Shown here piece after piece: positions 55,208 to 64,000 of a stretch of 64,000 nucleotides of DNA. Source of the stretch: Euglena gracilis (Eukaryota). Where the stretch lies: positions 9,054,634 to 9,118,633 of the forward strand of contig CP154954.1 in NCBI GenBank assembly GCA_039621445.1, read 5' to 3'. The translations under genes were made by a program, and so were the position numbers. Below the pieces are notes generated by a model, which saw nothing but the letters and a program-made list of their open reading frames with translations, did not search any database and had not been told where the DNA came from. The stretch's first letter is position 1; each line of letters opens with the position of its first letter.

Positions 55208-57801
55208 CAGAAAATTTCACCAAAAGCTCATACAACCTGGGGTGGTCTCTTAATTTCTCAACTTCTTTTTCAAATTCTCCACTCAGATTCTCAGTAAACA
55301 ATTTGCTGCTTTTTTCATCAGCCTTTTTCTGGGCCTCCAAAGTCCAAATCTTTTCATGCAAAACTTGGGAAATGCTTTTGAGTTCATCCATCTTGATTGT
55401 TGCCTTGGGAGTTTTCACAGGTTTTGCAAACTGCACATCTTCCACAGGCTGGGCCAGCTGGAAAAACATCACCTCCACATCTTTTCTCACCTCTTGAAAA
55501 AGACTCAGCTCACTTTCAATGTCTTTTGTCAATTCAGCCAAAAAATTGATGTTTTCATGCTCATTCATTGATTCAAACACCACCACATTGTCCAACCATT
55601 CTTTCATCTTTTCATCTGATTCCTTGGGGGGAACATTCTCCAAAGGAAAACTTGGACTTTCAAAAACTTGCTTGTCTGCAGGTGGACTGGCAGGCTGGGG
55701 TGCCTGCTGCTGGGGGGGAACATCAGGAAGAACTGGGAAATCCACTTGAATTCCATCATCCACTGTGGGATACTTCCTGATCTCACCTCTCAGTTCATCC
55801 AAACTCCAATTCCTTGAAACTTTTCTGAGCCAACTGACAATTTTGGGGTCCAAAAGCTCAAAATCCACTTTGAATTGCACAGTGTCCACCACACTCACAA
55901 AAGTGTTCCACAGGGGGGAGGGCAGCACCTTTTTGCACCTGTCACCCACAAACAAGGGAACCCCACTTGAAATTTTCACCCTGGCCACAGTCACCCTTTC
56001 CAGCAGGGGGGACCAGTACTGGTCCACCCAGTCTGGGTGTACCAGGACCATTTTTGTTTCTTCAATGCACAACTTTGTCACCACTTTGCTTAGTTGGCTG
56101 AAGGGGGGGTTTGCCCACAGAAACTTGGAAGCACCAATGTCACACAACAACCTTTCCCATGAATACCTGTAGGCTGAATTCCCTTTTGTCATGTACAAAG
56201 ACTGGGTGTGGTTCAGGTGGTTTGCAAAAAGATCAATGCAAATCTGACCCTCAGAAATCTTCAATTCATCCAAAGCTTTTGTCTTCACTGGCTTCACCAA
56301 AGTGTAGCTTTCTGTCTTGAAAAGTCTGAAAATTCTTTTGATGGTGTGGTCCCCATCATGGCTCTGAAGTAAAAACTCCTCACCATCAATGATGATTCTG
56401 GGGGGTCTGGTCAGCAACCCACCAAAAAATTCACTTTCAGTAAAGTCAGTCCCCAAAACTGCCTCGAAGGCATTTGTTTCAACAACAACCGCTTTAAGCT
56501 TTAGAATTTTTCGTCCCAACTCCAAACTCACCTCACACACTCCTTCAGAAAAAATGTACTCCCCGTTGCCGATCTGCAGGGGTACCGCAGCACTCCGCTG
56601 AATTTTATTCTCTGGAACACATTTCTTAGAAACTGCAGTAATGGTGGCCCCTGTGTCCAAAATGGCTTGAATTTCCTTTCCATAAACCCTCACTGGCAAA
56701 AGATAAGTTTTACACACCATCTGGAGCAACTGCAAAGCATCAGCCTTTCTCTTTTTGGGGTTCTCACCCTGGGGGGTAACCTGGGTTTGCACTCCCTGGG
56801 GTTGAACCGAAGGGGTCCCTTTGCCTGCCCCCTTCTGGGCTGCTGCCTTCTTTTTCTCAAACTTTTCTTTTGACCAACATCTGTCTTCATAATGCCCTTT
56901 TTTGTGACAAAATCGACAGAAAATTGTGGCTCCAAATCGTGGGGCTTTTCTTTCACCCTTGCCTTTGCCTTTTCCTTTGCCTTTTCCTTTTTCACCAGAT
57001 TTTCCACCTTTTCCAGATTCTGGGACATTTTCACCAACTTTTTCAGATTGATCAGGGGGTCTTTCAATCAATGGTCTGAGATTTTCTTTTTTCAGCAAAT
57101 TCCTCTCCAACCAATCTTCAGAACTTTTCTCCAAAATTGTTTTTCTCAAATCTGTGAATGTCTCAGAACGATGTTTGTAAAATCTGTCTGCCCTGATGTC
57201 TGCATACATTCTGGGGTGTAATTTCCTCAGCAAAACCAAAAACTTTTCCTGTTCACTCATGGCCTGGGGGCTCAACCTGGCCATCAAATTGTCCAACTCA
57301 ATGAAAAGTTTTTTGATGTCTTGGGGTTCAGGGTTCTGGGAAAGTGTTGGCAATTTGTCAATGGCAGACCTCAAAGTCATGTCATTTTCCAATGTTGGGA
57401 ACAAATTTGCAATTCCCAACAGCACTTTTTCAAAATCATCATTCTCATCCATCACTTTTTCAACCAGTTTTTTTCACCTTGGGGGTGCAACATTCCAACA
57501 GCCAATCCTTTTTCTGGACATTTCCAAATGCAACTGCGCCAGTTAACCTCAACCATCTGCCAAAATCTTTCAAAAACTCTGGCCAATTTGTGCCATCAAA
57601 CTCTGGCAATTTCACAGGGGGTAATCTTGAACTTTGGGTTGAACTTTGGCTGGGGTTGCTGGAATTTGGTTCCACAATTTGCTTCAGAAATGTTTCAACC
57701 TGGGTGATGGGGTTCACAGGGGTAAACACAGATTGACTGCTGCTGGCTGATTTCATTTCCAATTCTTGCAACCTTCTTTCCAAATCTTCAATGGAGGACA
57801 T
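55143..57801 (-). CDS. Gag (CCHC), aspartic protease and Dam-like N6-MTase (frame change near 57460)
   Basis: PVKLPEFDG; CRFCHKKGHYEDRC; AILDTGAT. MT domain at about 55880-56315 with IDLFAN..N, LWANPPF and LVHPDW..W, in the same frame as the protease. Confidence 0.9.
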
Positions 57802-58446
57802 TTCTGCAGATCACTTTCAAAAAAACTCAACCACTGGCTCTGAAAACTGGGAGAAACAGAAACACTGGCCAACCCAAAAAGACAAACAAAAACTGAAGAA
57901 ACCAGAACAGAAAACCAACCACTGGGTTCAGGACCAGGTCAGCAAGATGATGAAGATCTTGCCACAACCAGGATCTTGTTCTGGACAGCAAGGTGAACAG
58001 CACCACTTACAAACTTCCTCAACCAAATAACCAATACAACAACTGTTGACAAATTCTCCACTGTGAACTTGTTCACCACAGCCTCAATGTCAACTTCCTG
58101 TTGAAGGTGTTGTTCTGTACCAGCAACTTGGTTAACCTTGCCTTCAGGAACACCAACTTCTGGAACTTCAATAACCAGTGAAACAACGTTGAATCTCCTC
58201 GAAGACGTCTTGGACGATTGGAACAACAAACCTCTGCGACCAACTTTGGACGTCTCAGAATATTCTTTTGTTTTTATTGAAATCCTCGGATTCCCAATTT
58301 TTCTTGATATCCCAATTGTCCCCAAAGACGTAACACAATCAATGCAATGACATAACCAGAGCCAGCAGTCTGCACAGGAGGAAAGGTTCGAATTAGGAAT
58401 ACAAAGTTCGGTTCGGGCGGTTAGTAAATAGTCCGTTAGTAATAGT

Positions 58447-58954
58447 ACGATGTCCAAAACAAATTGTTTGCACCAGGTGGGTTGGTCGAGCAAGTTGGAA
58501 TTTGTTTACATTCTGTCGAGGGAATAAAGTCAGATTTTCAGAAAGAAGTTTTGGCAATCCGACAAACAAATCGTGAGCTATGCTCTGGGGTGGACAGAAA
58601 ATTTGCTGAAATCGCTGCTGGGCTGAAAATGGTGGGGGAGGAATCAAAATCAAGTTTTGGAACCTTAACCCAGGAAATTCAGCAGCGATTGGAAGCAACT
58701 AGAAACGAGAGCAAAGCTCTGGGGAGCAGGACCACAGCAATTGAGAAATTTCTGGGCAGCCAGCAGGTGGGTTGGGATAAGGTGGTTTAAATGCTGGGAA
58801 AATATGAAGCAACAATTCAACTGGAAGTTCGTAGGGAAACGGCAGCCCAGGTCAGAAAAAAATGGAAATTATGATGGTGAAAATGATGGATGAAAACCTG
58901 AGGCAAACCCAAAAGGAAGAACATTTTGAAAAATTGCAAACTGACATTGAAAAT
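58447..58954 (+). repeat. 508-bp direct duplication, right copy
   Basis: Matches 50893-51400 and continues into the outer element's gag. Confidence 0.92.
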
Positions 58955-60983
58955 CAAGTGAGACAGCAATTTTTCACAGTTTTGATGAACATGCAGACAG
59001 ATTTTCAGCCTGAAAAGAGTCAACGGGAGGGTTTGCAAGAACTGTGTCAAGCTTTGCAGACTCGTTTGGCTTTCATGGAGGGGAGGGTTCAGGAAATTTC
59101 AGTCAAAAAATCACAGCAAATTCACCCCAAGGCACCTGAAGTGGCCCAGCCCAAGACAGTAAATCAGCCGAATTCTGGGATTTTTGGCATTAAGGGGGTG
59201 TCACCGGCTCAATCATCTGGGATTTTCGGGGTTAAGGGGGTGACCCCAATGATGCCATGTGAAATCTGGGATGTTGATCTGGGCGGGTGCAGACCATCAA
59301 GTAGTTCACAGGGGGTGCAGTTGCAATAAATCAGGTCAGTGGCAATTGTGCCATTGTGGGGGCACCCCAGCGACCCCCAGTCATAAGTGTTGGTAACCCA
59401 GCGGTGCAGCATGTGTTGAGAAATTTGACCGCACAAAATGTTCAGGGAAATATCAAGATTGGCAGCAATTTTTTGAGGATTGGCAAGCATTTTCACGGAA
59501 ACTGAATTCTGCAGGGGGGGGAAGTGAGTGAAGGTTTGAAAGTTGCTCTGTTGGAGGATTCTCTTGACCAAACGAGCAAAAAAATTTCTGAAGCTCCATC
59601 TCAAGGAAGGGGGGATCAATTTTAATGCCGGGTGGGGTCACCTGCAAATGACATTTTCGAAGAATCAGGAATCTGGGGCAAGGAAAAATTGGCAACAGGT
59701 GAATCTTTTTAATCAAGGCAAAGTTACCCTTGAGCACTGGCTTGAATTTCAGGCAAATTTCAAGATGGCCAAGTGCAAGGTTAAGGATGCCGGGGAGGGG
59801 GAAGCAAAACGACTTTTGTTGCGGAAACTTCCCATTCGTCCTAAAATGGGTTTCAGATGAGGAGGAAAGGAGGCTGAATAATCAGCCAACTTTACGCCTA
59901 AAGATGCCAGGGAATAGGAATTCAGAAACGGTGGCAGAAAGCCTGGGGAAAATGGTTGGGAAAAGACCCACAAAAGTGTCGGAAATTCACAAATACGAAA
60001 TCATTTTCCCTGACATTTCTGCTTATGAAAAAGTCAAGAGTTTTCATGGCAAAGAGTTTGACGATTCAAAAGTTTTGTTTCAGGTTCAGGAAATTGAACC
60101 AATTTTGACCACCGAGGATATTTTCAACCTCGTGAAAACGAAGTTGACACTCGGAAACAAGCATGACGCCTTACTAAGTTCTGTTTCATCCCCAGGATAT
60201 CAAGGGTTTAGGCGTTCAAGGTCGGTGGGTGCTGAAAATCGAGGGGGGAGGCAATCAGGGAGTCGGAAGAGTTCACCATGGTAAACCTCTGGTAGGGCAA
60301 CCACACCTCCCCCAGCCAGAAGCAAATCACAAATCAGCGAAACAGCAAAACCTGATCAATCTGTTGCGGTTTCATCTTCAAATGTGCAGCCATCAAGCAA
60401 TTCTTCAAGGCTTTCAACGGTGGAGAACCCACCCAACGTGCAAAGACCGGTGGTGGGGGTGATGTTGCTAGACAAGCCCCGTGGAACAGAAACAATTTTC
60501 AGCCGTATGGTAAGGGCAGCCAATGGAAAGGGAGGAATAATTCCCAGGGACATGGGGCAAATAACTCCCAATGGTATGGGGGTAACCAACAGGGGTACAA
60601 GGGGAAGGGTGGTAAGGGAAGAGGGAAGGGCAAAGGTTTTGACTAGAATTTCGGTGCCAAAGGGGGGAAGGGCAATAACAATAACCCAACACCAACGGTT
60701 GCCCGCCCTATTCGTCATTAGGGACGCCGTGGTCATTTTTTTGAGGGGTTTACATCCTCGGGCATCGAAAACCCCCAACGTATTTTGCATAACCCAACCA
60801 AATCTTCACATGGAGGATATTACCGTGGTGGAGATTCCAATTTCTTCACCTCAGGTTCAAAATCAGGCAATGAAGAGTGTGCAATATCGAAGACGAGCAA
60901 CGGTGCCAATTCAATGATTTCAATAAGTTCATCCTCGACAGCCAACTCGAGAAGACAAGTGGCCTTGAGCTTTGAGGCCTTGA

Positions 60984-62036
60984 GTGGCCAAATGGCAGCC
61001 TGTGTCGAGGAAGGGCAAACCGTGTACCAGGTGTGCAAGCCAGGAGAGTGCACGGCCCAGGTTCAACAATTATTATGGTTGTTTGAGCGAAAGACGATCC
61101 ATCAAAGGTGTGGGAAGTTGGAAAGTTCCCAAGGCGTTGGATTTGTTTTCGGGAAAAGGGTTTGTTGGGAGGTGTTTGGAGGAAAACGGGTACCAGGTGG
61201 TATCCTTGGATGTGAACCCAAAATTTCACCCAACCCACGTCACGGATATTCTGGAGTGGAATTATCGAAAATACCCCCGTGGATATTTTCAAGTCATAAC
61301 GGCAAGTGTGCCTTGCACGGAGTATAGCCGTGCTAAGACGGTGCGAGAAAGAAATTTGGAATGGGCAGACCAAGTGGTGACAAAAACTTTGGAAATTGTG
61401 GAGTATTTTCAGCCCAAATTATGGTGGATTGAAAATCCTCGAACGGGACTTTTGCCAAAAAGGCATTGTGTGCAAAATTTGAATTTCATTGACGTGGATT
61501 ATTGTCAATTTTCCGACTGGGGATATCAGAAACCCACTCGTATTTGGGGGAGTCAAAATTTGTTGCGTTTGAAGGACAACCTTTGTGATGGGAAAACCTG
61601 CCCCCATTTGATTGTGAGTGAGGGGGGTGGGTTGGTTCTCAAAGAACAATTGGGAGGAAATGGAATGAGGGTGAGCACTCAAATAAAATGGAGAGTACCT
61701 GAGAAGTTGGTCGAGTACCTTCTTTCGACCCTTGATTTTAAGGAGGAGAAATTTTCTTTCAAACGTGAGGACTATGCCGTTCAAAATTCATTTGTGCAAA
61801 TGATTGAGGAGAATTTTCAAAGGAGGGCCGAGGTGGATTGTTTTGCTTCTACACAAAACTCTCAGTGCACGTCATATTTGACCGACAAGGAAAATGCTTT
61901 GGCGGTACCATGGGGAGGGGGAGGCACGGTTTGGTTGAACCCTCCCTGGTCATTGTGGCCAAAGGTGGCAAAGAAATTGCAAAAGACCCTTGTGATGACA
62001 TTTGAATTTTACCCGATTGGAACAGAGGTTGGGTGA
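60984..62036 (+). CDS. C5-cytosine DNA methyltransferase (about 61131-61733) followed in frame by a Dam-like N6-adenine MTase (about 61768-62150; tail frameshifted)
   Basis: C5 motifs: I LDLFSGKG, II VVSLD, III TDI, IV ASVPC, VI WIENP, VIII YCQF..YQKPTRIW, X WRVPEKLVEYLL. Then VDCFAS..N and WLNPPW, with ILPDW..W in the next frame. Confidence 0.9.
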   Translation: MAKWQPVSRKGKPCTRCASQESARPRFNNYYGCLSERRSIKGVGSWKVPKALDLFSGKGFVGRCLEENGYQVVSLDVNPKFHPTHVTDILEWNYRKYPRGYFQVITASVPCTEYSRAKTVRERNLEWADQVVTKTLEIVEYFQPKLWWIENPRTGLLPKRHCVQNLNFIDVDYCQFSDWGYQKPTRIWGSQNLLRLKDNLCDGKTCPHLIVSEGGGLVLKEQLGGNGMRVSTQIKWRVPEKLVEYLLSTLDFKEEKFSFKREDYAVQNSFVQMIEENFQRRAEVDCFASTQNSQCTSYLTDKENALAVPWGGGGTVWLNPPWSLWPKVAKKLQKTLVMTFEFYPIGTEVG

Positions 62037-62042
62037 AAGAAC

Positions 62043-62783
62043 TTGTTCGGAAGGCAACAAAAAAGTTGTATTTTACACCTGGAAAAGCTTTTTGAGGTCG
62101 ATGGGAAACCAATGGGGGGTGTGATGTGTGGAGTTTGGGCCTTGTTGATAGAGGGTAATAAGCCCCCCGCCAACACTAGCAACCCGAAGAAACCAAAGGT
62201 GGTACATTTGAAATCACGGATGGTTAAAAAGAGATACCCAACCACAGGTATTGAGAAATTTTCCAAGGACCGACAACTTTTGATTCGGACAAGGGTTGTT
62301 TTGGGAAACGGGGAAGAACAAAACATGGACGTTTTGGTAGACACCGGTGCGGAGGTTAACCTCATAAGGCAAGGGTTGGTGAGTGAGCACCTAATGTATT
62401 CGGCCGAACACCCCTTGAGGTTTGAAACCGCTGACGGTCAAGCCTTGAGTGGTGGGTGGAGGTGCACTAAGGTGATCATGAAATTGCAAGGGGAGGTGAA
62501 CGATAATACCCCACCCACAGATTTTGGGTACGATGTGGAATTTTATGAAGCCAATATCAAAGTGGACGCAATTTTGTCATACCCATGGCTTGTGCAAACA
62601 AAAATTGGAATTTTTCCACATCATCGTGCTTTGGTAGTGGAGGAACCCAAGTTGACTTTTTTTTTCGGTGTGAGAGATCAAAGGAGAAAACGACAAGGAA
62701 AAGTCCCTAACACACTACCCCAAAGGGGGGGGGGTGACAAATTTGGAAAAGTTTGGTTTCCAACTTCCTATGGAGGGTTTTGA
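62043..62783 (+). CDS. Retropepsin-like aspartic protease (preceded by the MTase tail)
   Basis: MDVLVDTGAEVNLI, FETADG and DAILSYPWL. Confidence 0.85.
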   Translation: MFGRQQKSCILHLEKLFEVDGKPMGGVMCGVWALLIEGNKPPANTSNPKKPKVVHLKSRMVKKRYPTTGIEKFSKDRQLLIRTRVVLGNGEEQNMDVLVDTGAEVNLIRQGLVSEHLMYSAEHPLRFETADGQALSGGWRCTKVIMKLQGEVNDNTPPTDFGYDVEFYEANIKVDAILSYPWLVQTKIGIFPHHRALVVEEPKLTFFFGVRDQRRKRQGKVPNTLPQRGGGDKFGKVWFPTSYGGF

Positions 62784-62823
62784 TCAAAGGGGCCAAGCCT
62801 TGGACGAACACTCGCTCTAAATT

Positions 62824-64000
62824 TTGGGAAACAATTTGGAGATTGCAAAGGAAAACCCCCTACCAATTCACAAAATGATTATTGCAAGGGAGGGGGAGGG
62901 GAATAATGAAACGGAATCCAAAGAGGAAGAGAGAATAAGTGAGCTAAGAGAGGATATTTTTGGAAGGTATGGTGGAAGCGTATTTCGGTCTAAGGTACAA
63001 CCCGACCCACCCGTAAGAGGACCATATGGTTATGTATTCATACCTTTGCAAGAAGGAGCGCGGTCCACCCGACAAAAACCATTTTTCATGCACGGGGAAC
63101 GAAAAGAAGCTTTGGAAAACATCACTGAAGATTGGATCGATGTCAAATAATCGAGCAAGCCACAACAAAAAATTCAGAATGGCTCTCACAAACTTTCCCC
63201 GTGCCCAAAAAGTCAGCCGATTTTCCTTGGAGGGGGGTTTTTGACATGACGGGACCCAACAGCCAATCCCGTAGATGCAACTACCCTCTTCTGAAAATCG
63301 AAGACATCCTGGTGAAGCATGGCGCAAACCAAATGTTCTCCATTTTGGATTTAAAACAAGCCTTTCACCAACAGCCGCTTCACCCGGATAGTAGGCCTAT
63401 AACTTGCTCCTTCTCACCAAAGGGTCTTTACCAATGGAGGGTAAATGTAATGGGGTTAACCAATGCCTCACAACAATTTCAACAAATGATGGATGACCGT
63501 ATTAGCACCCGTAAGGGATATTGCTACCCCATACATTGATGACATTTTGGTATGGACCACCTTCGGGGAGGGGGAGGATCTCCTCGAGGCACACAAAAGG
63601 GATTTGTGTAGGGTGTTGGATTTACTCGCGAGGAAATGTTTGTAGTGGACTCAAAAAAAGCGGAATTATTCATCAAAGAAGTGGAATTTTGTGGCCAGAT
63701 TTTGGGGCATGGCATGCGTCGGCCGGCCCCCGGCAAATTACGTGCCATTGAAAAATGGGAGGTTCCAACCACCATAGCGGCCTTAAGGGCTTTCCTCGGC
63801 TTCACAAATTATTACGTGTAATCTCAAGTTGCGGCACCTTTGCAAGATAAGTTGAAGGTGTCTAGGGAGGAAGGCAAGAAAGGGAGCAAAAAATGGGTTG
63901 AATTCGGGGAGGTTGAACGCAAAGCATTTGAGGTGTTAAAGCAACGGTTGTGTTCCGGATTAATTCTTCAAAGGGTAGACCCCGATAAACCCTTTGCTTT
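62824..64000 (+). pseudogene. Ty3/Gypsy reverse transcriptase with several frameshifts and stops; truncated by the window end
   Basis: RQKPF, WLSQTFPVPKK, FSILDLKQAFHQ, MGLTNASQQFQ, YIDDILV, VEFCGQIL and LRAFLGFTNYY. Confidence 0.88.

Larger units (their letters stand above)
51401..58435 (-). mobile_element. Inner Ty3/Gypsy chromodomain retrotransposon with an N6-MTase domain (gag-ZnK-PR-MT-RT-RH-IN-CHD)
   Basis: 189-bp terminal direct repeats at 51401-51589 and 58247-58435. Full domain set spread over five frame segments. Confidence 0.92.
48940..64000 (+). mobile_element. Outer Ty3/Gypsy-like LTR retrotransposon (gag, C5 MTase, N6 MTase, protease, RT); decayed, interrupted by the inner element, and runs off the window end
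   Basis: Possible PBS CA-ct-TGGTGTCG at 48940. Fragmented gag-like ORFs at 49301-51236 and 58464-60900, followed by MTase, protease and RT motifs in order. Confidence 0.8.

Overview
This window is eukaryotic and repeat-dominated, and almost certainly from a euglenid. It contains an exact 26-nt Euglena-type spliced leader (SL) and a host gene whose three introns are all non-GT-AG, base-paired 'nonconventional' introns. Contents in order: (1) a CRE-like RT/restriction-like-endonuclease non-LTR retrotransposon (about 250-5290, +) that begins with an SL exon and has an array of GNRA hairpins and a T2A-like StopGo peptide. (2) A structurally complete tyrosine-recombinase retrotransposon with split direct repeats (7557-13451, -) and VIPER/TATE-like gag-YR-RT/RH order, carrying a Dam-like N6-adenine methyltransferase domain bracketed by two 2A-like motifs upstream of gag. 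(3) A four-exon, 257-aa tetraspan membrane-protein gene (14029-27964, +) with 8.3-kb, 4.6-kb and 223-nt nonconventional introns packed with MITEs and a decayed SL-RNA gene. (4) A long field of MITEs, LTR remnants and a DIRS1-type remnant. (5) Two nested Ty3/Gypsy-like elements: an inner chromodomain element (51401-58435, -) with an N6-MTase domain between protease and RT, and an outer element (about 48940 to beyond 64000, +) with a C5-cytosine MTase followed in frame by an N6-adenine MTase, ahead of protease and RT. The best candidate for an undescribed system is this set of methyltransferase-carrying retrotransposons, especially the dual C5+N6 Gypsy element and the 2A-bracketed MTase. All calls come from reading motifs by eye; no database search was run. 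Many frameshifts fall in homopolymers and may be sequencing errors.
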